From Bacteroidota bacterium (lineage in GTDB: Bacteria > Bacteroidota > Bacteroidia > Bacteroidales > UBA12481), in contig JABHCC010000189.1 in NCBI GenBank assembly GCA_018669475.1, positions 18,383-82,382 on the forward strand: a stretch of 64,000 bases of DNA, given 5' to 3'. Made by a program: the position numbers and the translations under genes. Each line of letters starts with the position of its first letter. Positions within the stretch are counted from its first letter, which is position 1. Positions 9,137 to 18,585 of this stretch are shown in pieces. Under the pieces are notes generated by a model. That model was not told where the DNA came from. It saw nothing but the letters and a program-made list of their open reading frames with translations, and did no database searches.

Positions 9137-10624
9137 ATGGAATTCCACCTGGGTACGATCGACACGAGTATTCTGATTATTTATGGAGTTGTACTTATAG
9201 GTATGGGTGTTTATTTTATTAGAAAAAACAAGACATCTGAACAGTTCATGGTCGCCGGACGAAGTATTCCTGCCTGGGCAGCCGGTCTGGCTGTTATGAG
9301 TGCCTATACAAGTAGTATTTCGTACATTGCTGTTCCCGGAAAGGCATTCGATTCGAATTGGCATCCACTGATCTTTGCTTTAACTGCTTTACCTGTTGCA
9401 TGGTTCGTTACGAAATATGTTGTTCCATATTACAGGAAGAAGAATATTATTTCAGTTTATGGATATCTTGAGGAAAAAATTGGTGGGTGGGCCAGAATTT
9501 ATGCCTCAATTTCATTCGTGCTTTTTATGATAGGACGAACAGCCGTTATCCTTTATCTCTCTTCACTTCTTCTAAGCTCTTTTGTGACCATTGATATTCG
9601 TATACTAATAGTAATGATTGGTATCATAACTATTATCTACACCTTAATGGGAGGCATGGAGGCTGTGATCTGGACTGATGTTGTACAATCTGTAATCATG
9701 ATCGGTGGTATTCTTTTCATTGGATTTATTCTAACTAAAGATGTTTTTGCAAAACCTGATTTCCTGATCCAAAATGCTTTTGATGCTAACAAGTTTAGTT
9801 TGGGGGAAAGCACTTTGTCGTTGAAGAGTAGAACTATCTGGGTTATGATTATATATGGTGTAACCGAAAATATCAGGAACCTGATAGCAGATCAAAATTA
9901 TACGCAGAAGTATTGTTCCGTACCCGATGAAAAACAAGCAAAAAAGTCTGTATGGATCGCAATGTTAATCTATTTACCTCTGACGGCTCTGTTTTTGTAT
10001 ATCGGAACTTCTTTGTTTGCTTTTTATTCAGGATCTGAAAATGCTCTCGGTGAAGCTATTACCAAAGGAGATCAGGTCTTCCCTCATTTTATTGCCACAC
10101 AACTTCCTGTGGGAATGAAAGGATTAATTATAGCTGCAATTCTTGCTGCTTCAATGAGTACCATTGATTCTGCTTTGAATTGTTCTGCCACCGTACTTTT
10201 CATTGATTATTATAAAAAGTATTTCAGATCCGAACCTTCTGAGAAAAGCAGTATTCTTTTCTTGCGACTCACAACTGTTGTCTGGGGTGTCGCTGGTATT
10301 GCTTTTGCACTATTACTCATAAATGCAAAAAGCGCACTTGATATTTGGTGGATAATTGCCGGTATTTTTGGTGGGGGAATCCTGGGCTTGTTCCTTCTGA
10401 GTATTTTCAATATTAAGATTAGACAATCTCAAGGTATTATTTCAGTTATTTTTAGCCTTATAATCATCATTTGGGCTTCGTTTGCCAGAGATTTACCAGA
10501 TAATCTTGCCTGGTTAGAATGCAGCATAGATCCCATTATTATTGGAGCTTTCAGCACACTTGGTTTAGTGCTTATGGCGCTGCTGTTTGTTATTGTGAAT
10601 CGAAGAGTATTAAAGTCTCCTTAA
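9137..10624 (+). CDS. Sodium:solute symporter (SSS family)
   Basis: About 13 TM segments. SSS N-terminal block FMVAGRSIPAWAAGLAVMSAYTSSISYIAVPG. Starts 3 nt after the lyase stop. Confidence 0.85.
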   Translation: MEFHLGTIDTSILIIYGVVLIGMGVYFIRKNKTSEQFMVAGRSIPAWAAGLAVMSAYTSSISYIAVPGKAFDSNWHPLIFALTALPVAWFVTKYVVPYYRKKNIISVYGYLEEKIGGWARIYASISFVLFMIGRTAVILYLSSLLLSSFVTIDIRILIVMIGIITIIYTLMGGMEAVIWTDVVQSVIMIGGILFIGFILTKDVFAKPDFLIQNAFDANKFSLGESTLSLKSRTIWVMIIYGVTENIRNLIADQNYTQKYCSVPDEKQAKKSVWIAMLIYLPLTALFLYIGTSLFAFYSGSENALGEAITKGDQVFPHFIATQLPVGMKGLIIAAILAASMSTIDSALNCSATVLFIDYYKKYFRSEPSEKSSILFLRLTTVVWGVAGIAFALLLINAKSALDIWWIIAGIFGGGILGLFLLSIFNIKIRQSQGIISVIFSLIIIIWASFARDLPDNLAWLECSIDPIIIGAFSTLGLVLMALLFVIVNRRVLKSP

Positions 10625-10684
10625 ACTGATTATGCACTAAGCTTAGTGGTATTCTTCGAAGTTTTGGAACATAAAAGTTTTCGT

Positions 10685-11776
10685 ATGAGAGTTTCAACCA
10701 TCTTTTTAGTACTACTGTTTTCCGGCCATGTGTTGGCCGATGAACCTGATACAACTTCGAATGCAATAGTTTTATCTGAATATATTTTCGATGCAAAAGA
10801 TGTTAGCTTCCCGAGTTGTCACGCCTCTACCATCGTAGAGACTAAAGAGGGTCTTTTGGTTGCCTGGTTTGCAGGAACTAAAGAGAAAGATCCGGATGTT
10901 GGTATCTGGCTCAGCCAATACTTACACGGAGAATGGTCCGTGCCTGTTGAAGTGGCTAACGGAGTACGAGGCAAAGCAAAGCAATTCCCAACCTGGAATC
11001 CGGTTCTTTTTAATACAGGTAAGGAGATAAAACTATTTTACAAAGTTGGTCCCTCTCCAAGAGAGTGGTGGGGTGAAGTGAAAACTTCTGTAGATAATGG
11101 GCTTACATGGTCACTTCCTCTCAGGCTTCCCAAAAATATTTTTGGCCCGATAAAAAATAAACCCCTTAAACTTGCTGATGGTAAATTGTTATGTCCTTCC
11201 AGTACGGAAAATGAGGGCTGGAGAGTTCACATGGAATTCTATACAGATATGGATAAAACATGGGAACGCACAGATGCATTGAATGACGGCAATAATATAT
11301 CGCTTATTCAGCCCGCAATTCTGACACATTCTGACAACGCGATCCAGATTTTATGCAGAAGCATGAATGGCGCAATTTTTTCTTCATGGTCAAACGACAA
11401 TGGATACACCTGGAGTGAATTTGAAACTATCGGATTACCGAATCCTAATTCCGGTTTCGATGCGGTGACATTAAAGGATGGAAGGCATATTTTGGTTTAC
11501 AATCATATTGCATGTAAAACCGGTGAGAAATGGGGTGACAGGAATATACTGAATATTGCCATTTCAGATGATGGCAAACTTTGGAAAGCGGCTGAACTGC
11601 TTGAAAATGATAAGGATGAAGATGCTGAGTATTCTTATCCTGCAGTTATTCAGACGAATGATGGTAATGTTCATATTACCTATACCTGGAACAGGACATT
11701 AATAAAACATGTTGTGCTTGATCCGCTAAAAATTAATACCAAAGATATAATTAATGGAATCTGGCCTTTGGAATAG
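10685..11776 (+). CDS. Secreted BNR/Asp-box six-bladed-propeller protein (sialidase fold, non-canonical)
   Basis: Signal peptide MRVSTIFLVLLFSG. Asp-boxes SVDNGLTW, SNDNGYTW and SDDGKLW. C-terminal YSYPAVIQTNDGNVHITY. No (F/Y)RIP motif is visible. The ORF track starts at a GTG at 10646. Confidence 0.75.
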   Translation: MRVSTIFLVLLFSGHVLADEPDTTSNAIVLSEYIFDAKDVSFPSCHASTIVETKEGLLVAWFAGTKEKDPDVGIWLSQYLHGEWSVPVEVANGVRGKAKQFPTWNPVLFNTGKEIKLFYKVGPSPREWWGEVKTSVDNGLTWSLPLRLPKNIFGPIKNKPLKLADGKLLCPSSTENEGWRVHMEFYTDMDKTWERTDALNDGNNISLIQPAILTHSDNAIQILCRSMNGAIFSSWSNDNGYTWSEFETIGLPNPNSGFDAVTLKDGRHILVYNHIACKTGEKWGDRNILNIAISDDGKLWKAAELLENDKDEDAEYSYPAVIQTNDGNVHITYTWNRTLIKHVVLDPLKINTKDIINGIWPLE

Positions 11777-11815
11777 AAGGTTTGAATCATAGAATAAGTC
11801 AAAACTACAAGAGCA

Positions 11816-13105
11816 ATGTCAAAAACAATCAGCTACTTATTTGTGGCCGTTGTGCTGGGTTTGGGATGGGCGATGCGAGGACATTTTGGCCATGAGTGGG
11901 GTGCCTCATGGGCCGGGGCAATGGGAGCTTTGGCTGTCGTGCTTGTAGCTAAAAGAAAAGACTGGGTTCGCAGAGCACCTGCATTGGCAGCTCTGGGAGC
12001 TCTTGGATGGGGTGTTGGAGGGATGATGAGTTATGGTATTGTAATTGGGTATTGCAGATCTGTTTCTTTTGTAAATTCACTCTATGGCTATGCTATGCTG
12101 GTCGTAATTGGAGGCTTGTATGGTTTTATTGGTGGGGGGCTGTTTGGTCTGGGGCTTGAATCAAGTGAAAAGAATAAACCTAACTGGCCAAACCTTATTG
12201 TTCAGATGTTTGCCGGGGGATTTCTGGTATGGGGACTTCTGATCTATCAGATGGAGTGGTTTATGACTCCTCCCCGTTCTGAACTTTGGGCAGGATGTAT
12301 GGGCGCTGCACTAGCACTGGCATGGTTTCTGAATCGAAATAGTTTCAAAAGAGCACTTCGGGTGGCCTTATTTTCAGCTTTAGGTGCCGGGTTTGGATTT
12401 GCATTTGGAAATTTTATTCAATTACTGGGAAACACTGCTGAAATTCAATACAATTGGTGGAACGTAATGGAATTCACTCTTGGCTTTTTTGGAGGTTTAG
12501 GAATGATTTATGCAGTTCTTACACGTGATTGGCCGGAGTCAGTAAAACCATCAAAAACCGGAAACTGGATTGCACTGATCTTTGTATTTCTATTTGTACC
12601 TGTCACCAATTATTTCAATGGATTCACCATGGATCATTTTATTGAACTTGCCGGGAAACTTGATATTGCCGAAGTAGATACCTATGCCAATAAGCAATTC
12701 ATTTTTGCGGGAATTGCAGTACTTGTTTTCGGTGTATTAGCTCTTATAGCCTGGAGGAAGTGCTTAGCCAATGATGAAAAATTACGCAATTATGGTATTT
12801 TGGTTCTGCTATTAATTACAGCTATCCACTACAATTTATTCTGCTACATTAAACTTGGCACTTTTGTTAGTCCGTTCACCTTTGTCCACTCTCACTCTTT
12901 ATACATTTTTATAATAATTCTGATTCTATTCACCTGGTTTTTCAGTCTAAGGGGGATACAAGAGTTTCCCGGCAAAATGGCCAAAGATGAAACCGGGATG
13001 CGATGGGCAATAATTTTGATTAGTCTTGTGATAATCATTATCTTAATCACATTTATCTCAGTTAATATCCATTATGAAATACCAGGCGCACACAACAGAT
13101 TCTAA
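11816..13105 (+). CDS. Polytopic inner-membrane protein of unknown family (about 11-12 TM)
   Basis: Long ORF with a Gly/aromatic-rich hydrophobic segment pattern (GWAMRGHFGHEWGASWAGAMGAL...). I recognised no transporter signature. It is tightly packed between two BNR genes. Confidence 0.55.
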   Translation: MSKTISYLFVAVVLGLGWAMRGHFGHEWGASWAGAMGALAVVLVAKRKDWVRRAPALAALGALGWGVGGMMSYGIVIGYCRSVSFVNSLYGYAMLVVIGGLYGFIGGGLFGLGLESSEKNKPNWPNLIVQMFAGGFLVWGLLIYQMEWFMTPPRSELWAGCMGAALALAWFLNRNSFKRALRVALFSALGAGFGFAFGNFIQLLGNTAEIQYNWWNVMEFTLGFFGGLGMIYAVLTRDWPESVKPSKTGNWIALIFVFLFVPVTNYFNGFTMDHFIELAGKLDIAEVDTYANKQFIFAGIAVLVFGVLALIAWRKCLANDEKLRNYGILVLLLITAIHYNLFCYIKLGTFVSPFTFVHSHSLYIFIIILILFTWFFSLRGIQEFPGKMAKDETGMRWAIILISLVIIIILITFISVNIHYEIPGAHNRF

Positions 13106-13118
13106 GTTCATTCCTCAT

Positions 13119-15557
13119 ATGAAAGTTTTCATCCTGATTCTTATTCTTGGATTCGGTTTATGTCAGAACACATTAGAAGCGCAAATATCATCTGACAATT
13201 CTCAGTCAGTGAGATTTACATCTCAGTACATTTTCCCCTTACAAGATTTGCATGTTCATAGTAGTTCCATAATTGAATTACCGAAGGGTGATCTGTTGTG
13301 CTGCTGGTTCGAGGGATCTGGAGAACGTACTGCTAATGATGTAGTAATTATGGGAGCGCGTTATAGCATGAGAGATCTTGAATGGGGTAAACCATTCCTA
13401 ATGGCAGATACTCCCGGTCATCCTGATTGTAACCCAACTTTGTTTATTGATGAGGATAATCGTTTACACCTTTTCTGGATTGTTGTACAAGCTAATCGAT
13501 GGGAAACTTCAGTATTGAAATCAAGAGTTTCATCCTCTTATCAAAATTCTGGTTCCCCTGAATGGGAATGGCAGGATGTAATTTTGTTAAAGCCCGGTGA
13601 AGAATTTGCAGAGACGATCATAGATCAATTTATGGAATCCGATAAGCTGGGTCTTGCCTGGGGAGAATATGCACCGCGTTATGAATCGATGATCTATGAA
13701 GCAGCTAAAGATCCCAAAAAGAGAGAAACGGGATGGATGACAAGAACTCATCCCATTCAGATCCCAAACGGAAGAATACTATTACCTCTGTACTCTGATG
13801 GGTTTAATCTCTCATTAATAGCAATTTCAGATGATATGGGAGAAACCTGGCGGCCAGGATTGCCTATTGTAGGTCGGGGTAATGTCCAGCCCAGTATTGT
13901 TAGAAAAACAGATGGTACTCTCCTTGCCTATATGCGGGATAATGGTGATGAGCCTGGCAGGATTATGAAAAGCATTTCAATGAATGATGGATACGAATGG
14001 ACCAGGGCAACAGATACAGACTTAGCTAATCCGGGAACGAGCGTTGAAGCTTTAGTCCTTGAAAATGGGAATTGGATAATAGTTTATAATGATATTGAAA
14101 ATGGACGGTATAGTTTAGCGATTAGCCTTTCTGATGATGAAGGAGAAACATGGAAGTGGACCCGGCATCTGGAGCAAAAAGCAGAGGGTGAGGGCTCATT
14201 TTCTTATCCATCTGTTATTCAGACCAGGGATGGATTAATTCACATTTCTTACTCATTTCATTTGCCAGAGCATAAGACTATCAAGCATGTAGCCTTTTCT
14301 GCAGAATGGACAAAAGAGCAAGCTTCCACTATCAAAGCTAATGTTGCGGTAAGAAAGCTTACTCCACCTCTGGAGATGGACTATACTCTGGGAGGATATG
14401 GTGCACGCATGAACAAACCGGCAATGGGAATACATGATGATATCTGGGCAAAGGCTCTGGTATTAGATGATGGTGACAAAAAGTATGCGATTGTCACACT
14501 TGACATCCTGGGATTACCACCAAATGTCAAACCGCAGGTAATTGAGCAACTTAATCAGGAGGGATGGACCGAGGAAAACATTATGTTCCTGCCCAGTCAT
14601 TCTCATGCCTCTCTTGAGATGTTTGCCTTGAATGATAAGAATATCTTCGGGATAGCCCCAATTGGGATCTTTCAACCACAGCTACTCGATTATCTGGTAA
14701 ATTCTTTAGCTGATTTAATCAAATCGGCAGATCAGAACTTAAAGCCTGTTAGGATTGGCAGTCTTAGCAAACAAATTGATGGATTAAACCGCAACCGAAG
14801 AGGAGAATCCTTTATCGATAATTTCTTAACTGTGACACGGATTGACCATATCAATGGAAAACCAATGACGGTTCTGGTTAACTGGACAGGACATCCCACA
14901 ATTATGGACGAACATGATATGCATGTATCTGGTGGTTGGCCTGGATATTTGCAACGTGAATTAGAAAGCCATATTGCTGAGGGTGTTGTTGCGATGTACT
15001 ATAACGGACCTGTAGGAGACCAATCAGTGATTGCTGGAAATGCAGGAAGCCACTATGAAAAAGCAGAAAAATATGGCCGTACTATGGCTGTCAATGCCTT
15101 GAATGTATACAAGGATATCAAAACTGAAGAAAAGATCAAATTCAATTACAATTATAAAATCATTCAATTGCCCAATAGAGAGGCTCATCCAGATTTCATG
15201 GAAACAGGAGGTAAAGAATATGGACTTGATAAAGAAAAAATAATGATACTCCTTGATCAGGTTTTCCCGGAACAGACCTCAATTGGAGCCTGCAGATTGG
15301 GTGACCTTCTGATCGTCGGTGCACCAGGTGAATTGATTGCTGAATTGGGCTTGAATATTAAAGATAAACTCAAAGCAAGAGGCGTTAAATATCCGGCAAT
15401 CGGGGGCCTGGCCAATCAATGGATTAGTTACATTCTAAGCGAAAACGCATATAACAGGGGTGGATATGAAACTAGTGCTAGTTTCTACGGCAAAGATTTG
15501 GGGAAAGTAATAGTTAAAAGCATGATGGAAACAGCATTGCCATTAATTGAAGAGTAA
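13119..15557 (+). CDS. Fusion: secreted BNR/Asp-box propeller (N-terminal) plus neutral/alkaline-ceramidase-like amidohydrolase domain (C-terminal)
   Basis: Signal peptide MKVFILILILGFGLC. Asp-boxes SDDMGETW, SMNDGYEW and SDDEGETW. From about nt 14340: GGYGARMNKPAMGIHDDIWAKALVLDDG...TLDILGLP and LPSHSHAS, a ceramidase N-domain-like pattern. The ATG at 13119 is preferred over 13074. Confidence 0.7.
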   Translation: MKVFILILILGFGLCQNTLEAQISSDNSQSVRFTSQYIFPLQDLHVHSSSIIELPKGDLLCCWFEGSGERTANDVVIMGARYSMRDLEWGKPFLMADTPGHPDCNPTLFIDEDNRLHLFWIVVQANRWETSVLKSRVSSSYQNSGSPEWEWQDVILLKPGEEFAETIIDQFMESDKLGLAWGEYAPRYESMIYEAAKDPKKRETGWMTRTHPIQIPNGRILLPLYSDGFNLSLIAISDDMGETWRPGLPIVGRGNVQPSIVRKTDGTLLAYMRDNGDEPGRIMKSISMNDGYEWTRATDTDLANPGTSVEALVLENGNWIIVYNDIENGRYSLAISLSDDEGETWKWTRHLEQKAEGEGSFSYPSVIQTRDGLIHISYSFHLPEHKTIKHVAFSAEWTKEQASTIKANVAVRKLTPPLEMDYTLGGYGARMNKPAMGIHDDIWAKALVLDDGDKKYAIVTLDILGLPPNVKPQVIEQLNQEGWTEENIMFLPSHSHASLEMFALNDKNIFGIAPIGIFQPQLLDYLVNSLADLIKSADQNLKPVRIGSLSKQIDGLNRNRRGESFIDNFLTVTRIDHINGKPMTVLVNWTGHPTIMDEHDMHVSGGWPGYLQRELESHIAEGVVAMYYNGPVGDQSVIAGNAGSHYEKAEKYGRTMAVNALNVYKDIKTEEKIKFNYNYKIIQLPNREAHPDFMETGGKEYGLDKEKIMILLDQVFPEQTSIGACRLGDLLIVGAPGELIAELGLNIKDKLKARGVKYPAIGGLANQWISYILSENAYNRGGYETSASFYGKDLGKVIVKSMMETALPLIEE

Positions 15558-15576
15558 TGTCAACAGAAATATAATT

Positions 15577-18237
15577 GTGAAAATCAAATCCATACTTATA
15601 AGTATTGCAATCTCTTTTCTTCTGTCCCATGCTTATGAGGCCATTGGAGAAGAATTAAATCTGATGCAGTCAGATGAAAATTTCGCTACATATAATGCCG
15701 AGGATTTAAATGACGGAGAGTTTTTGCACGATTTTTTACTACTTGGACCTTTCCCCAATCCCCTGTCTGATGGAATAAGCGAATATTTTCATACGGATGA
15801 AGAATGTTTAGGATTTGATAAGGACTATTTAATCTCCGTGGGTGGTGAAAGTGGAGTGAAGCCCGGAGTGAGGCAGAGTGTGTCATTTGAAGATGGGGAA
15901 CCAATAACATGGCAGGCCCACCATTCCGATTTTGATAGAGTTGATTTGAAGAAAATATTTACACCTAATGAAGGTGTGATTTGCTATGCTGCTATCTGGA
16001 TTGAAAGCCAGAAAAATCAGGAAAAACTCTTTGGGATTGGTTCAAATGATGGGCTTAAAGTATGGCATAATGGTAAATTTCTTTTAAAAGTACATAAGCC
16101 CAGAACGGTTAATGTTGATGATGAATACCTGAACCTCAAGCTAAAAAAAGGAAGGAATCTTTTACTTATTAAAATCGAACAGGGTTTAGGAGGCTGGGGA
16201 TTCATTCTGAGGCCGGTTGATGTGGAAACTGCCTGGAAGCAAGTTAATGAAAACCTTGATATTGCTTTAAACAGTGAATTTATTGTTGAGGATGGATTTA
16301 TAAAAGGGACAATTGGAGATAGGAATATCGTTGGTATGCTCAGAGGGCTTCCCATGGCAGAAATCGAATTCCGGTCAATAAACTCAGACCACTACAAGAA
16401 AATTGAAGCGCCATTAGGCACTTCACTGAAACTCCCAATTAAGGAATTTCCGGGAGGTGAATATGCCATTACAATTTCATTCTCAACGCAGGATGGGGTC
16501 AAACAGTCTTACGCATATATGAACACCTCAGGAGATGTTGTTGAACAAACAAAAGAGCTAATATACAAGGCGATACCATCAATGCCATCCTCATTAATGG
16601 CTGATTATTACACTAATTTTATCGAAACTACCCACTGGTTGGATAAAACGAATAAACTATGGCAACACCCATATGGATATAGAAGATATCTTGATGGTTT
16701 AAAACATGTGCATACCGAGGCATTAAAGTTAAGTATATCCGCTAATCCATTTAGTGGTATTTTCCCTGCTCCAGGCCTAATTAATACTATTGGTGGAGAA
16801 ACAAAGATTACTTCTGATTGGATGATTTTTGATGCAGCTAAATCTGACGATTTTATCAAAGCTGAAATAGAGAGAGTATGGAAGCAGAAGTTTAATAGAG
16901 TACCCCGATACACTGATGATCCTGATGGCAAAAATACAATTCGCTTGCTTATAGCGACTACAGAAAGCTCAAACACCAATGCAGGAAGCTATATCCTGCA
17001 AATTGAAAGCAACAGAATAACAATCACCTCAGGCTTAAGGCAAGGTCTGTATTATGGTGTAAATTCACTAATACAGGCCTTAGAGCAAAATGACGTAATT
17101 CCACTGGGAGAAATTATTGACCAACCCGCTTTTACAGTCCGCAGTACCCTGCAAACAACAACGAAATTAACACCTGAATTCATTCAATATATTGAACAGA
17201 TTGCCAGAATGAAATATAATGTAGTATATATCTCTTCAGGCAACTATTTAGATCTGGATGATAAGCAAAAGCTCAAAGATATCATAGACGTATTCGACTT
17301 TTGTAAATCGAGATTTACCGAGCCCGTACCTTATTTTGAAACTTTCGGGGCAGGAACAATTACAAGAGTAATGGATCCCTGCTTAGATGAGGGAATTTTT
17401 CATGAAAAGGAATTATGGCTGGTGCCTGACAATGGCATAATTGAATTAGATGTGCCACGTATTCAGGATTGCCCCAATACTACTATTCATATTTTCACTG
17501 CAAATGGAAGAGAGATAAAAAAAGATTCAGAATATAAAATACTGTCAACAGAGAAACCAAAACTTCAAATTCTGAATAATGACTTATTTAACTCTGAATT
17601 GCTATTAAGTTATGATGCGGTTGACTTCTCACTTTATCCACATCCTGCAAGTTGTCCTTCAGATCCTGCCGGATGGAAGATTCAAGAAACTGTGATTTCA
17701 AATGTCATCACAAAATTGCACCCAAACAGTATTCATATAAGCCAGGATGAAGCAGGGCTTATTAACCAATGCAGCCGGTGCCTTGCCCGAAACCTGAGTA
17801 ACAAGCAAATAATGATCGACCAGATAAACAGGGTCCACAATATTATCAGAAAATATGACCCGAATATTGATATTTGTATTTGGGGTGATCTCTTCAACGA
17901 CTTTCAAAATGCCCCTATGCTTGGTGTCGAAGGCGCTGTTGAAGGATTACCTAAAGATATAATCATTCATGACTGGAATTATGTAGCAGTTTACCACAGT
18001 GATAAGATGCAAACCATTAATCAAATGAATTTTTACTTTAACCGTGGCTATAGGGTGGGTGGTGTTGCCTGGTTTGAACCAGCTAATATTCTGGATATAC
18101 TTCTAGCCGGAGAGAATAAGGGGAATCAGTTTATTGGTATTATGCACACTGCCTGGGCAGGCTTTGATCAAAGTTTATATACTACTGCTGAAGCAAACTG
18201 GACTGGAACAACGATTTTAGGTAAATTAAGATTTTAA
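15577..18237 (+). CDS. Secreted multidomain protein: N-terminal jelly-roll-like domain, GH20b-like domain and a TIM-barrel candidate (GH20/DUF4838-like glycosidase)
   Basis: A GTG at 15577 gives the leader (M)KIKSILISIAISFLLSHA. The ORF track uses a TTG at 15547. The block SYILQIESNRITITSGLRQGLYYGVNSLIQAL...IIDQPAFTVRS resembles the GH20 N-terminal domain. IHISQDEAG resembles the GH20 HxGGDE catalytic pair. Confidence 0.45.
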   Translation: MKIKSILISIAISFLLSHAYEAIGEELNLMQSDENFATYNAEDLNDGEFLHDFLLLGPFPNPLSDGISEYFHTDEECLGFDKDYLISVGGESGVKPGVRQSVSFEDGEPITWQAHHSDFDRVDLKKIFTPNEGVICYAAIWIESQKNQEKLFGIGSNDGLKVWHNGKFLLKVHKPRTVNVDDEYLNLKLKKGRNLLLIKIEQGLGGWGFILRPVDVETAWKQVNENLDIALNSEFIVEDGFIKGTIGDRNIVGMLRGLPMAEIEFRSINSDHYKKIEAPLGTSLKLPIKEFPGGEYAITISFSTQDGVKQSYAYMNTSGDVVEQTKELIYKAIPSMPSSLMADYYTNFIETTHWLDKTNKLWQHPYGYRRYLDGLKHVHTEALKLSISANPFSGIFPAPGLINTIGGETKITSDWMIFDAAKSDDFIKAEIERVWKQKFNRVPRYTDDPDGKNTIRLLIATTESSNTNAGSYILQIESNRITITSGLRQGLYYGVNSLIQALEQNDVIPLGEIIDQPAFTVRSTLQTTTKLTPEFIQYIEQIARMKYNVVYISSGNYLDLDDKQKLKDIIDVFDFCKSRFTEPVPYFETFGAGTITRVMDPCLDEGIFHEKELWLVPDNGIIELDVPRIQDCPNTTIHIFTANGREIKKDSEYKILSTEKPKLQILNNDLFNSELLLSYDAVDFSLYPHPASCPSDPAGWKIQETVISNVITKLHPNSIHISQDEAGLINQCSRCLARNLSNKQIMIDQINRVHNIIRKYDPNIDICIWGDLFNDFQNAPMLGVEGAVEGLPKDIIIHDWNYVAVYHSDKMQTINQMNFYFNRGYRVGGVAWFEPANILDILLAGENKGNQFIGIMHTAWAGFDQSLYTTAEANWTGTTILGKLRF

Positions 18238-18240
18238 ACA

Positions 18241-18566
18241 ATGAATAACACTGAGAAGGCAATGCATAGTTTAAAGCTTTTTGCTCTTATACTGATACTT
18301 TTTATTTCAAGTGGCCGGCTTGTGGCACAATCAGAGCCTGTAATCCAAACCTCGACAATCATAAATACAAAGAATGGGAGCAAATTGACCTGCCGGATCA
18401 TAAGGCAAGCCGCGACAATGATGAAACCGATGAAGGAGAGTATTATCTATACCATTATATTGTTGTTGAGATTGATGGAAAGAATCTTAAATACAAGGCT
18501 GTAAAAATGAATGGCGATGGAAGCCATGGTGGGGTCTTCGATTCAATTGAATTAAAACACAAATAG
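18241..18566 (+). pseudogene. Small secreted protein gene apparently disrupted by a 1-nt frameshift
   Basis: The frame of the ATG at 18241 encodes a good signal peptide ([23 protein letters not shown]) and then an implausible tail. The -1 frame is open from 18270 to 18566 and encodes a protein-like C-terminus, [44 protein letters not shown], with no start codon of its own. Confidence 0.4.
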
Positions 18567-18585
18567 TATTAAACTAAGCATAGAT

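Noticed and set aside
16017-16979. Antisense ORFs of 112 aa and 123 aa (16017-16355 and 16608-16979, minus strand)
   Set aside because: Both lie wholly inside the 896-aa plus-strand gene. I recognised no motifs. Such shadow ORFs are typical opposite long genes. The same reasoning applies to 992-1270, 1542-1874, 3073-3732, 8588-8944, 20973-21299, 22509-22896, 54479-54790, 56653-57318 and 57398-57792.
18241-18504. Accepting the 87-aa ORF as an intact gene
   Set aside because: Its C-terminal third is compositionally implausible, whereas the overlapping -1 frame encodes a protein-like tail with no start codon. I treated it as a frameshifted gene instead.
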